A stretch of DNA of 60,036 bases, filler included, from Sphacelaria rigidula (lineage: Eukaryota), in assembly GCA_964200075.2 (NCBI GenBank). It is 10 parts of 10 records of this genome, joined end to end, with 100 filler letters (N's around TTAATTAATTAA, not from the genome) between each part and the next. Parts side by side here need not be neighbours in the genome. Positions count along the whole stretch, not along the records: positions 36,085 to 41,997 come from CAXNAA020023534.1; positions 42,098 to 48,010 come from CAXNAA020023535.1; positions 48,111 to 54,023 come from CAXNAA020023536.1; 7 more parts are not named here. One strand, written 5' to 3'. This document shows, piece after piece, positions 35,985 to 49,987 of this stretch; within the stretch, counting starts at the first letter, position 1, and each line of letters begins with the position of its first letter. The translations under genes were made by a program, and so were the position numbers. The notes under the pieces are model-generated. The model was given only the letters and a program-made list of their open reading frames with translations, was not told the origin of the DNA and searched no databases.

Positions 35985-38900
35985 NNNNNNNNNNNNNNNN
36001 NNNNNNNNNNNNNNNNNNNNNNNNNNNNTTAATTAATTAANNNNNNNNNNNNNNNNNNNNNNNNNNNNNNNNNNNNNNNNNNNNCCGGGCTTTGTAGGGA
36101 TGCGAGGTCAATGGTCTTATGACTATGGCATGCATGATCATGAGTACACCCCGATGCCGGAAAAAACCGAGATTGGTGACTGCCGTAAGAGATGGTCTAC
36201 GACCCGCGGCCGGGGAAGTGCCCACTCAATAATTCTTGTCGATGGCAAATACTTTATTCAGCGCAGCAGTGTACAGCACCGCGCAGCCCAATAGCTCAGT
36301 ATAGCGCTGTACCGTACCGTGCGGCCATGTGCTGCGAGCTCAACGAGCGTAGATGAGTAAGGTAACACTGAGTTGGACTGATCAACGGTGACGTTACCAC
36401 AGTCGATCACAGCAATGCGATGTCTGGCTGGTGTACATGTACAGCACGGTAGGCGACACAATAAGGTGTACCTGGACAGTTTGGGTCCAACAACAATTAC
36501 TGCACACTGTGAGGGCTCAATACCGTGCAGTGTTGCGCCGAAAGTAAAAAAGAAGAAGAGTAAAATGTGTGCCGATTTTCGCATTCAAGAATCATTGTAT
36601 AAATTATCAGCTCGGATCATTCGCAAAGTAGGTGTAGTTCACACCAGCGAGGTGCCCCAGAGGGACGACCTACGGACCCAACACACGGCATATCTAAAAA
36701 GCTATGTTCAAGGCTGGATCGTCGGCACAAGTTGCAGGCTGAGAACGCGATTATATCCCGCGTTCGGTGGTGTGCATGGTGTTGCTCGGTACGGGTGCCT
36801 TGCGGCCCCAATTGTACGACGATAGGTGGCGACCACGCTTCGCGTTCCAGCGCATCACCACGACTAGGGCGTAGTATAAGAAGGGTGCAATCCGCCTGAA
36901 AAAGCATAATCTCAATGGCTTTCGAAGCAAAGGAGAACGACAAGATTGTTTGCATCCATGTCTGGCGGCGCAGCTGATGTCTTCGAAATTTGAAAACTCT
37001 GTCATGACCACTGTATGAAGTGCAGTATAATACGCTGATGCAGTGTACGGTCTACAGACAGCACCCGTACCGTAATACCGCATCTGATATGCGGCGTAAT
37101 CAGGGCGTAACCACATCTCATGTTTATTTGAGTACTTTCCTAAGGTAAACTATCAAATTTTCAGTGCAACTTCGGTTGTGGATTTCTCGCCTGTGACTGC
37201 GTGTTCCATCATGAAAATTTGCACACTAGTTGGTCACAGCACAGGCAGCATATGCCCAAAGCATCCGCGCGATTGGGCCGGAGACTACCGTTCAACATGG
37301 CCCCAACCGATTTTGAGGCATGCCGTCCATGCGCCCTCAAATCGGCTATGCAGCAGCCCGAACTTTGCGCACTACAGGCGAATGCATGTGTGCACGTGCA
37401 GATGCACAAACTTGGACATTTAGCGCGACTGGGCGGCCGATGTGGTAGAAAACAGACACCGGTCTGTACTGCGGCCCTCTCTGCATCATGACCATCTGTA
37501 GTGTACCTACCGATTGGCATACAGTCTGTAGAGCTGCGCAGTTCATGACGCACGGCCCTACGCGCGCTGTAGCCGCTGCGAGGCGCTGAAACTTTGCTCA
37601 TATGTTGTGCGAACCACTGTCTACAGTTCAACGTCGCTATATCTGGTACTGGGCGCTGCAGGAGTGCGCACTAGAGGGAAAAGCGGTCAGATTCTGTTCC
37701 GAATTTGTTTTTGGCGCAACACTGCGTGTAGGTCGATCGCCCCATACTTAGCAATCGAATCGGCCAAGGATGAAGCTTTGCACGTATTAGGAGGCCACAA
37801 ACAACCTGGCCACGACCGACCCGGCCTATCATGAGCTCTCAACTCTGAACCAAAGAAGTTCACCTTGGACTGTTACGGCGGGTGCGGTATTGAGCTGCTA
37901 ACTGTGTACGTTTACCCGTGTAATGACAGCGCCATGCCAATTACATCCTTGCTACTACTGTTGTACACTGTACTACAGCAGCACAGTCTGTGCTATAACG
38001 CAGACTACAGTACAAGCTAACGTTCCGGACACCCGAGCACCCGAAGCTCACAGCACAGCACTACACAACTTGAACGGGACCTTGCTTCAGAGCGTGCCCC
38101 CTGTTGTGATCAGACGAGATGAGGGCACCTTCCATCCGTAATGTTCGCTTTCACATACTATCCAGTGAGCTCTCAAAAAGTGCGCCAGTTCTCATTCTTG
38201 CCTTGCACACAGACCACACGAGGAAACCACATCTTCGAGTCGCACGTGCTCATTGCAGCAGAGCACAGTACAACACAATACTTACCCGTGACACAACATA
38301 CCCGCACAGCAACAGAGTACTTTGACGAGAACAAGTTGACTGACTGCACAGGAAGTAGCCCTTCGCGGTGTACTCGCATCATCTACCCGACCCCCGCTGC
38401 CTAGCTGGGCGTGAGCGTTGCGGTCTAGGGTACCTTCATTACAGACAGTACTGGACTGTACCTCAATACCCTGACTGTTGTAGTCGTCTCATGTTTTGGC
38501 GCCAGATTTGAAACGGCGAGAGCAGCTGGGTCGATCATGCTGGCGCTCTTACCTTGCTGCCTGCGCAAGACCGCCAATGTCAGCGACTCATTTTTGACGG
38601 TGGATCCAAAACAGTCACCTCCAGATCTGCTCCGACGTCTCACACCATTGCCCTTCATGCTCCTTGATCAAATCAGATTGTGTGGCACAATAAAGCACAG
38701 CGCCCGCAGTTGCGAACCAGTTTGTTTCTTTTTTGCGATTGTGGTTCAGAACCTCTTTTTGGTTCAAAACATCAACCCTGTTGTTTGAGTCTGTCTGGGC
38801 AAGCACTTTTATATCCCACTCTCCACTGTTGTCTACAGGCCAACCTTGACTTTCTCCTCCAACTAGCCAATAAACTGCGAATCGCCCCATCAATCCAATA

Positions 38901-41900
38901 TGCCTCGACAATACCACCCAAGAAGGCATTTTGGCGCCACGGGGTACGGTTTCTTTCCTAGAAAATTCAAGATGAGTCATGATGACCAGGGTGTCCTACT
39001 CCGTCCCTAGGTCAGCAAGCTGCTGGCCTGTTCATGTTTCATGTTTCATCTTATTATATCATCTGTGTGTAGTACGATCCTGGAACACCATGCCCCGTTC
39101 CTGACCATCAAGTTGCCGGGATGCCGAAGGGACGCGTGCATGTTCCATCCACAGCAAAATTTAAATCTGCAACTACTCCAGAACCACTCCAGAAGTCCAA
39201 CCCAGAGGCCTACACGACAGGATCAGCGTTTGCATTTGGGGGTGTTTGATCTATTCGACATTTACCAGGGATATCCTGACTGAAAGTCCGTGTAGTCGCT
39301 TCGTCGAATCGGTTGAAGCTCAGGTCACCACAGAACGGAACACGGAGTATCGACGTGCAACTATCCGGGATACAAATGACACGGGGAGCCATAGCGAGTC
39401 CTTGGGCAGCACCAAACAGTTTGTACCTGTGCCATCGCTACTCCACTGGGTGCTGTAGCTGTATCAGGTGAGACCATTCGATGCTGTTGTCCTCCTCGAA
39501 TGTGTTTGGTCCGATTCAAGATGTGAGCAAACTCTACCCAGGGTTGAGATTTCCCCCAAACAATTATCATCATCCTCTAAGTGCACCACCTCATCTGGGA
39601 CAGCTGGTAAGCTACCGCAATACCCAACAGCTACGCTGCCTTTGTCACAACCACATTCGTTGCTCCTCTCGTGAATCAAAAGCATTTTTACTAATTTTCG
39701 CAGCAGGTATCGCAATTACAGAGTCGTCCCCGGTCTCAAGTCTTCACCCAGCGTCCGAAAACGCTCAAGTTGTTTTGATATCTCTGAGAAAAACAGGGTC
39801 GATAATTGGATAATTGATAATGGGCCTAATTATTTATTTGGGAGTTTTGACTTTTTGTTCTTGTTCTGCTCCATGAAACCGTATTTCCGAGAAAACGCCG
39901 CCCTCATATCCCCGGAATAAACGAAAATACTTCTCCCCCCCCTCTCCTCATAATTCCAGATCTTTGACCCTTTGACCACCAGGGTAAGTGTCATCTGCTG
40001 AATCGAAGCAAGCTACTATTCATGACCTCCGTATCTCCAATGCGCTGCTCACACAGGAGTCTCGGAATGAGGCATAGCGAGAACCCTCGAGTAAGGGGGG
40101 TGCAAAGTATTTCCTAAACTAGGTGTGCGTTGCCAGACCTCAAATCGGCGCCTGAGGCGTCGATTTGGACGAAAACGCGTCCTGCTCACACGGCGATCGA
40201 GCACAGCCCCCTTTGAAGATCCGGATTTTGGGATCCAAACGAAATCCAAGTCAGAAATTTCCATATCTACCAAGTGGGTAAGCTCTACGAGCTGGACCGG
40301 CAGTAAACCCAGCATTCTCTGCCGTCACCACAACTCCTCAGTTTTCCCAAATTAGCACGACCTGAGCATATCGCTGTGAACTGCAGACTAACCTGGTAAC
40401 ATACGGCACCGCTGCTGCTCGATTGGTGCACTTTTAGCGATGATGTTATTGTACTCGTACAAGTGGTAAGTAAACTCTACTGCTCGAAACGACCTCGCTG
40501 CACTTGACGACTCCAGACCTGTGTCGAACCTCTTGTCCTCGGCGTGTGCAGTGCTGCAGGGTAAATAGCTCGGCAAAAGTTAAGCACCGTTCCTGGCTTC
40601 GAGTTGTTTCTGTACAGAACCCGACGGACGACTCTTTTTTCACGTTATTAATTGGTCGAAATGTTCCACGCCCGGAGACAACTGTACTACTTTACGCGCT
40701 AATATCTCAACTGCAATACGTCACCCATGCCGGGCGCGGGGAGGGAAACACTCTGGCAGCAAGTTTCACTGAAAGCTCTGAGGAGTACTTGTTCTGTACT
40801 ACTGTACTGAAAATTGTTCCGACATTACAATAATAGTTGCACCTTACCTCTTCAGCAACACATCAGCCATTCAACCATTCAACCCTCATAATCCAGCTAA
40901 CTACCTATAATATTCCGGTTCATGATATCATGCAATCCAGTCACCACCGCGACATTTTGAGACAGTTCTCCCCCGATCCGCGAACCTCAGATCCCGCTAC
41001 GGCCTGATTTTGTTTTTGATGGGTTGCTTGAGCACCGAATGTGTCAAAGTTTTGGGTGCAACCCGCGCCACGGATTCATGGATACCGTTGTTAAACACTA
41101 GTTCATATCAAGTCCGTAAGGTCTGTTGAAAAAGAAGCATTTCCATCAACTTGCCCATTTCTGCCGGAAAACGTGGAAGGCCGGCGGTGATGTGCTGAAC
41201 GGTATTGGCCCATGTGCCACATCCCTCATTCCGTCTAACGGTACCATGTGAGCAGCGCAAGCTCCCACCATCATGATAACCGCCTAGAGCATATTAAATT
41301 CAATTTTACGTTGCATTCCGGCGCGGTCGTGCTGCGTGCAGTATCGGGACCGTGCGTGCGCCAAACTGCATGAGCGCTGGCAGCATTTGGCAGTATTTGG
41401 CAGTAGCTCTGACTTTCAAGTGGCGTTGCACACCCCGTGAGTATTACTGACTACTCTTGTGGCGTACGTCCCGTGTAATAGCGGCAACACGAACGGCAAA
41501 CTACTGAATCAAGACATGCGCATTGGAATCACATTTGTACGTTGCTTTTCGTGGGCGATAGTTTCCTTTGTGCAACTGTTGTTGCAAGGCCAGCAACGCG
41601 TGAACGAAAGCTCGACCGAGCACACGTTGGTAGGCAGGGACAACTTTGTGGCGTCTGGTGAAGGTTTCATCAAACAACAACGTGCACGTCCTCGGCGCAC
41701 GGTCTCGCCGTCATGGAAGTTCCACCTGCTCTGAATGTTGAGGTATGCAATACAGAACAAAACCAAAGAGCGACGGTCATCATCCATGTAGAAACAGCCA
41801 ATCATCTATGTTGAGGATGGTGCTTTTGATTGAGGATGAGAACCCGGAGGATTAAAATCTTCGTATCCACACTAAATCTTCGAAACGATCGGATCGCCGA

Positions 41901-43066
41901 AATACCCTGAAATTGGATTTTCCCGTAGGACCCCAACATTTCGGTTATTGACATCCAAATTTGTAGGACATGTAGCGGTTATAATTAGCTACCAGATNNN
42001 NNNNNNNNNNNNNNNNNNNNNNNNNNNNNNNNNNNNNNNNNTTAATTAATTAANNNNNNNNNNNNNNNNNNNNNNNNNNNNNNNNNNNNNNNNNNNNACT
42101 TCCAGTGACATTACACTGCCTCATGTTTGGGGGGGGGGGGGGGGGCTGGCTCTCGGGGCATCACCCACGGTGGACCGCGTCTTGTTTCAGTTTCATCTGG
42201 TATTTTTTTGCCAAAACATTTGAGGAAGCAGTTGGTAAACATCGTTTCGATTTGTGTTTTTGTCAGGCTAGAGATACGGGCCTGGAACACTTCGATCCCC
42301 GACGGTGTTCATAGTCTTCGATCCCAATTCAAATTACTGGACCATCGACTACCCCTCAGCGCATCTAGCACGCGATTTCGGAAATTGAGCACAGTTATTA
42401 TGGAGGAATAACGCTGGGACCCGCCACAAGCATCGAAATCTTTTCGAAGTATAATTACAAATGCACTCCCCGGTTGCAATGTGTGGAGTCGCTCATCATG
42501 GGAGAAGACGCCGATCATTTGTAAGATCCCGTGTCTTGTAGGGGACTCTGGAATACAAGAGCAGTGTAAAATACAGGAAGGACCGGGGGATTAACGTGTG
42601 CCGTGTAAGTACAGGATGCCGCAAATTGCAGACGGACTATTGTGCAGGAGGAGCCACGCCGCACGGCACAACCGGAGAGGGCAGATTCTTTCTTGTATTG
42701 CGTAATTGTAGTGATGCCTACGAAGGTTCCCAACGCTCAACCTCACAAAAATATCCATCCCCAATTTTCAATATCGCGTCGTATCTGATTCAGTTCAACA
42801 ATTGGATCCGTCCCCCTTGCGAATAGTGTCGCAGAAAGAGGCAATGCGGTGGATGACAGTACAGATATACACGCCGGAGCCCGGGACGGAGCGCATCGCG
42901 CCTGTGCGCTAGTTGTTTGGCTTTATGCGCACGCTGTTGTTGCGCTAACAGCTTCACGCGCGCGCACAATTTCGTAGCCATATAGCGTAACTATCCGGCG
43001 TTGCGGGCTCAACTTCCTGCACGCGATCCCTCGAAATACGCGACCACGTCACATCCCCAATGACAG

Positions 43067-44426
43067 GAAGTGTACGATGCTTCGTGGAGGATATGCGTAG
43101 TACCGGAGGAGGGGCGACCGCAAGTCTCAGCTATTTCTACACCACGATGCGCGAGGACCGACCCCACTACAAGGTCAAGGTCGGCGGCACATTCATGAAG
43201 TGTAACGCGTGCACTCTGTACCATGACACCCTGAATGGGAGTTCTGGTGTGAGGGTCAGCGTTGATCCCGGTAAGATGGATGAGGTCGCTATGGAGCAGA
43301 AGGCGCACTTGCAGGTGAGTCGTCTTCTCGTCGAGATTGTCGGCAGCTCATGATGTAACCGAAAAAACGAAGACACGTAATATGTGAGATTGCGCCACGA
43401 TTTACATCCAAAGCAGTCGAGGGTGCATCGAATCAGTCAAGGGGAGAATGTTTTCCGACCACTATATTTCCTTAGCTCGTACCTGCAGCGACCCGTCGAT
43501 ACCAAATGCTTCGACGCGAGTACGCGTCGAAATTCTGTCGAGCAAACCTCCATCTCCCTATGCGACCTCGGCTGATTCCGTCACGGTATCGCAAGTCGCG
43601 AGTGCCCCTTCATTCAATTTTCCCAGGTCCATGCGGCCGAGTAGCGTTTCCCAGTTACACATTGTCTTGGCGGAAACTCTCTCCGCCCGAGCCGCGTATC
43701 AATAGCCGACCGTTTTTCTTATCATTTACCTAGCTTATTTTTAGTTCGTTATTTCGGATTGGTCTCGTTTGTTGTGTGAATGCTGATCTGAATTCATGAG
43801 CTATGTGTTTTTAATATCTGTGGTTACTTCACGCCTCCCGAGCGGGTGTTTCTGTGCTTCCTTCAATCCCGGGTTCGTCTTTCGTGGGACCACGACTGGA
43901 GGCACGTGGTTTGCCCATGGTAAAAACAACGCTCGAGATATTCATCAACCTCACGATGCGGACCTCCCCTTGACCGTTACAGTTGGTGACTCTAGACCGT
44001 GAGCGCCTGGCTTTCATTAGTCGGGCTGCCATCCGAGCGAACGCCAATCAGGAGCCGTTGAAGTTCGTGTCTCTACAAGCCGATGCAGCAGCTCAAACGG
44101 TGTTCGCTCTACCTATGTGTTCTCCAGTGACGCACGGCACAGATAAGTGAGTACGAACGACAAATGACCGTGCATTCGACGGTGTCCCCCTTTGGTTAGC
44201 GCCTCCAACACTCGCGCACACCCACGGTCATCGCGCTGGCAAATACTCGTTCGCGCGTGCGTCGACGTCGGTGTAGATTGTACCGTGTGTGATTCGACTC
44301 CACGATTATGCACGATGCGCGATGCGGCAACTGACAGGGGATATGCCGAACGCCAAAACATCATGGCAGTTCTCGTGGAGGGACAGTTCGTGGGTTTCTT
44401 TCTGGCACCTCAGACCGTCGGAGGCG
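43067..44426 (+). pseudogene. Intron-containing DUF7869/Sola-like transposase fragment (exons ~43067-43314, 43983-44146, 44338-44426)
   Basis: Phase-consistent GT-AG exons splice to 'FYTTMREDRPHYKVKVGGTFMKCNACTLY...AHLQ|LVTLDRERLAF...PLKFVSLQADAAAQTVFALP...DK|GYAERQNIMAVLVEG..GFFL..TVGG'. This resembles the 'F.KC..C...H...ER..Y...LSI..DGMDQ....P...GVLVHG' pattern. Probable frameshift near 43080. Confidence 0.55.
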
Positions 44427-44439
44427 GTGAGTTCGAGTA

Positions 44440-46227
44440 ATGTCCGTCATTTTGAAACGAACCATGAGCTTTTTCTTGAGCATCTGCAGTATTGCCACGC
44501 CCTCTCCAACAAGGAGCACACCGTCCATGTAGAGGGTGAGAAGCGCGACAACCTTCCTCTTGTCGAGAGCGGTGCTGACCGTGTCGCCCCGGGAGGTACC
44601 GGCCCTGGTGTTGTCGTTGTCGTCGTTGTCAGTGAAGGCACAGATGCAGGGATCTGAAGCGAAAGAGGTGAAACCGATTTCCCCCAGAAATTTGTCCATG
44701 GTGTTCCACCCATTTAGTGGCAACTGGCGAAGGCCATATAACGACTTATTATGGAGCTTCATTGCGAGAGGAACTCTCGTCACGGGATCGTTCTCCTCAT
44801 AGCCTGGGGCCATCTTGACGTAAACTCCCTCTTCAGCGGGCGCGTTTAGAAATACCGCCTGCACGTCCAGCTGCCAGATTTCTCAGTCCATCTCCGCGGC
44901 CGATGCAAGCACCATACGGATGCTCTATAGCTTACAGACGGGAGCGAAGGTGCCGCCGCAGTCGATGCCCGGTACTTTTCCCCATCCTTGGACGATCAGT
45001 CTTCCCTTGCATGTGTTATCGGCTTTCACCTTATACCCCCACCGGGATCCAATGGCTTTCATCCCCGCAAGAACCGCCGTGCAGGGTACAAGCGTGAAGA
45101 CATTATTCAAACGAAGGCTTTCTATTTCTTTGTCTGATGCTGCCTTCCACTGCTTCGCCTCTGGTAGTCGCATTGCCTCTTGAAAGGTGTTCGGCCCTAT
45201 GACCACTTTCTCCCCCTCCGAACAACTTCGAATTTGGGTGTTTGTGGCAGAGTATGCATACTCCACAAAAGAAACTCCATCCTCGTGAGCGATGTCTCGC
45301 ATCTTTGCCCTTGCGTCGAAATTGGCCAGAGTCTCCAGGTGTTTTAGCTCGCGGGCTTGAGTGCTTCTCGTGCTTGCGCCGGAAATTACGTCTATCGGGG
45401 CTTGTGGGTTAGCCCGCGTGCTGGCACGCGAAGAACTCGCTGCAGGTGACGGTGTCGTAGCTGGAGGTAAACCTTCAGTGACCCCCCTCCTGGGGAGGCT
45501 CCAGTGGGGACCTTTCCCGACGAAGATCCGATGAGGTCGTTGACGCGATCCGTCGCGTCGCGTAGGTTTCCAAACAGTTTGGTCATATGTTCGTGGTTGT
45601 TGGACGAGGATTCAGCAGACGTGGTCATGGGGTCGTTGAAAAGGCTGATGCCATGATTGCGAACGTCCCTCGCGAAATCATCGTCGGTTTCGTACTTGTT
45701 GCAAGAAGTATGATCCCATGAAAGGACATGTGGCGGGGTCTCAATGAAGACTATGTTCCGGCTTTCCACCACACGCTTGGTGGCAGGGTTGTATATCCGG
45801 TAGGACTTGCTGTTAGGGCTACAACCACACAGTGATCCCTCCCAAGCCTTGTCCGCCATTTTCTTCGTATGTATCTCGACATGTACAGAGGCCCGTGCGC
45901 CGATGACACGGAGATGAGAGAGGTTCACGTCATCGCCGTATAACTTCTTGTCTCGTGTCACCATGTCGAGCGCCGAATAAGGTACACGATTGAGGAGATA
46001 TGCCGCAGTGAACATCAATTCGCCCCATAAGAACGGTGGCAGTCCACTGTCCTTGAGCAGACAACGTGTCATAGCTGCGAGGATGCCGCCGTCGCGCTTG
46101 GAAACCCCAACCTGCTGCGGAGTATTCGTAGAGGCGAATTCATGACGAATACCAGTGCTGAGGCAGTAGTCCTCGAACTCTTGTCCCTTGTACTCGCCGC
46201 CTTTATATGTACGACGACGTTGAACTC
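44440..46227 (-). mobile_element. Ty1/Copia integrase to RT segment (inverted)
   Basis: 'KGGEY..QEFEDYC..GIRHEF..TPQQVGVS.R', 'LWGE.MFTAAYL.NR', 'PNTFQEAM...WK.A...EIESL', 'QLDVQAVFLNA', 'KSLYGLRQ', 'LYMDG', ending 'RFKMTDI'. Confidence 0.93.
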
Positions 46228-47416
46228 GAGACGTGTCATTTATGCTCGGAATGAGAGCCACCCGAGATCGCAAGAATGGGACGCTCACTCTCTGCCAGGA
46301 GAACTACACCGAATGTATCCTGGGGAAGTACGGCGTGTGGGACTGCAATCCGCTGTGCACACCGGGAACGGGAGCAGAGCTGTCATTGAATCAACCGGAA
46401 GAGCAACTTCTGGATCCGGCGGCAACACAGCGATACCAGGCGATCACCGGGTCGTTAATGTATCTAGCACAAATGACCCTGTATGATATCCAGTTTGCTA
46501 TCAAACAGCTTGCGAGAGCGATGTCAACACCATCAAAAGCACACATGGGTGCTGCGAAACATCTTCTGCGTTATCTTGCGGGGAGTGCTAGTTTCGATAT
46601 CACGTACACAGGAAGGGAGGATGTCAGCTCACCGCGTTTTCGGACGCCAACTGGGGGAACAACCCGGATAACGGGAAATCGATGTCCTCGTATATCGTCA
46701 TGCTCTCGAACGCTCCGGTGAGTTTCAAAGTTGGAATACAGGGCCAAACTGCTCAGTCGACAATGGAAGCTGAGCTTGTGGCGGCAGCGCTGGCAATGAA
46801 GGAGGCTGTGTTCTGTTTCAACATGATGATAGAGCTGGGGTTCGGCGAGGCATTTCACAGTGTTTCGGTTCACATCTACAACACCTCAACACTTCACGTT
46901 GCCGGTAACAGCACCTACAGTGGACGGACCAAGCATGTGGCATTGCGCTACTTCTTCACTCGCGAACTCATCAAGAAGCGGAGGATCACCCTTCATCACG
47001 TGGACACCAAGAACAACATCGCCGACATTGGGACGAAATACTTGGGCAAACATCATCACCTGCATCTGCTGCTCGTAATCAAGACCTGCAGAACTTGAAA
47101 TAGAGACGCGAACGAGGGAGCTGGTCTGATGCGTACTTTCTAGCGTGTGCTTGAATCACGACTGTGTTTTGAATAAACGAGAACGTAGAAAGTGTTGAGT
47201 TGAAAATTCAAGTGTACATTGTAGGGAATGTGCAGAAATGGAAGCATACGTTTCCATAAGTAGGCCTAGATTTATCTATCCGTCCTGATTTCTTTATCTC
47301 TCCTGAGTGCTGCTTCCATTGAAGGGGAGAGTCAAGAATTTCGTGTTGCATAACATATGTGAGTCAATGTTAAGTAGCATCAAGCTGAAATACGGAGGCT
47401 TGTTCACTGATTAACA
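46228..47416 (+). mobile_element. Ty1/Copia RT C-terminus, RNase H, PPT and possible short LTR
   Basis: 'DVSFMLGM...LCQENY...YQAITGSLMYL...AKHLLRYL', 'AQSTMEAELVA', 'RTKHVALRYFF.RE', 'NIADIGTK'. Purine tract at 47321-47331; possible LTR ending 'aca' at 47416 (weak). Confidence 0.9.
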
Positions 47417-49987
47417 GGAGGGACATTATGCGGGGCAATAGGAAACGGTTGGAGTAGTCGTACAGCTTTCGAGAATCCTGTGGTGTGAAGGTTGTTCTGG
47501 AAATATATCATTGACTAGTAGTCGCAAGCCAGTCAAGAACTCGCCAGATGAATAGATTTGGCGGTTGGATACGCGTTCTAGATTTGGCGGAGCATGCGAC
47601 AGTGAGAATCTTCGAGAACGATTCCTAATATGGGAACACCGAGTAAAAGCAAGTTGTGCGAATTGAGGTTTAACTTCGAGATGAGGTTCAAGTGGGCAAC
47701 CCGACTTGTGAACTTTTTGTAGTGGAAGTACCGAGGACAAGCTCTTATTCGGAAGAAGTTTCCTGTGGAGGTGAACCCGTGATGCGTCATATTCAGTACG
47801 TCGAGGAATGGAGGGAAGTAAGTCGGGTGAGCACTCTTGCTACTCTACGCCACAGGGAAAAACGTGGGAGCGCGCGGATCCCGTGTCCTGCGATAAACCC
47901 CCCTCCCTCGGGCTGTGCCAGCACGAGGAACAAACCCTTGATCATGCCCGACAGGGTGGCGGGGGGGGGGGGGGGGGGGCCGCGAGCCCGAACAAAACGA
48001 GCAAAGGTCGNNNNNNNNNNNNNNNNNNNNNNNNNNNNNNNNNNNNNNNNNNNNTTAATTAATTAANNNNNNNNNNNNNNNNNNNNNNNNNNNNNNNNNN
48101 NNNNNNNNNNATCCGTGTGTCCTCGCCCCACCGCCCAAGCCAACCACCTATCGATGCCCCCCCCCCCCCCGCCACCCACTCCCCCCCCTTCCCCACCCCG
48201 TGTATGCTCTATTATCGACCGCGTGCTGTCCAAAGGTGCGGGTTGCGGTTGTATTGCCCACACACGACTGGGGAGGCGAGGGATGTCTCGGCGCGGAGGT
48301 TGGGCATGGATACCTGCACAGGCTGCCATCTTCTTGCCGGTGAGACGGATCAGCGGTTAGCGGTTAATGGTTAGTGCTTGGCGGTCTCAGCACAAGTTGC
48401 TCCCACGGAAGGCTGGCTGTCGAGAGGGCAGTGCTCGTGCTGTAGTGACAGAGTCTACCTTCGTTGATGTGCTGTAGTAGTGTGGACCACAAACACAGAT
48501 TACTGATTGATGATGATAAAGAGTGAGTCCGTCGTGCGGGCCAGACAGCCAGCAAAGAGCTGTTGGTCGTGGGATATGATCCTCGGGGATGATGTCTAGG
48601 GGGCCCGAAATGCCGAACCTCGAGACATTCGGGGAACGTACTCTCCATAGTCGACTCTTTGGTAGCTAGGGCGGTAGATCGATCCTTTGGATGGGTCCAT
48701 GCAGAAATTGTGTACTGGCGGGCAGAGAAAACGACAGTGTTGAACCACTCTATTTTATTTGTCGGAAGAAAACAGTAGAGTGTTTCTGCTGTGCCACTTG
48801 GAAAAAACCGTCGGTCGTGAAGGAGATTCGGCCGGTCGGTGAAAAGATTCGCCGTGGGGGAGTTAGAGATCCGCACATGTAGTAGTTTTCGTCTTAAATC
48901 GGACATTTTAGTAATTTTTTCGTGGTCAGCGGTTTTCAACGTTTTTTTCGCGTGCCATCGCTCATCTCAGCGAGCGGCCGATCCCAGAGTTTGGGAGTCG
49001 GGAGATACCATAATAGGAATCCGCTCTGCATTCCGAAACAAAAATCGTCGCTGTGCTCAAAACATTGAACGACTTCTGAGCTTAATCTACAGGGGGTGTG
49101 GTATTGACCGTATTTGGTTCACAACACATTTCTTTTCGGCTCTCGCGCAATGAATCGATATTAATTAAAAATAAGAGCCCGCAAAATCATTCATGAGAGT
49201 GATCGGAATTGGTCCACCCCCGCCTGTGCTATGCAGAGCTCGGTTGGGCAATTTTCGTTTTTGGGTGCTTTGCTGAATTTTCTCGTGTAGTACCCGTCCT
49301 AGGTGCTTAAAAGTTCTAGCGGCGATAGATATTGGAAAGAGAAGCAGGTCGTTCTCAGAACACAATCCTAAATTGATATCGTCGGGATGATAAGGAGCAA
49401 GTACGTTTGTTCATCAGGTGGTGTTATCGACCGTTTCATATTTCGTGAAACAAAGGCCTCTCTCACACGCGCAATAAGCAGACACGCAATTAGCCGGCAT
49501 AACGCACGCTGACACCTCGTGCACGCATCTTGGACATTTACGGTATCCTTCACCTCAATCCTAAAGCCAACCCCAACCTTGCGTAGAAAATCCGAACCTC
49601 CAGTTGTTATCTATCGTGTATTGGTACCGACCGCACCACATGCCGCTGGTCGAGTAGATTTTGTTGTTGTCAGTACTAAACCCCCCGTCCCTACAGGATA
49701 AGGGGTCGGCACGAGAGTGGTGGAACGAACCAGGGTTCCAACAACAGTCCCGCAGGGGAGCCCTCCCCCCCTCCTCTCCTCCGCTCATGTTACGCTATAC
49801 CTTCACCGAGATCGACACTTCATATTTGTCCCTGTCTCGAATATATCGCAACTCGAACACCTCACCTCAGGCCTCACACCAACCCCGCTCTACCTTTCCC
49901 CCAATCCCCCAATGAAGCATCCTATATTTTTTGCAATTTAAAGTCCATGCGATCCAATATAATAACCCCCCCCCCTCTCCAAACCCG

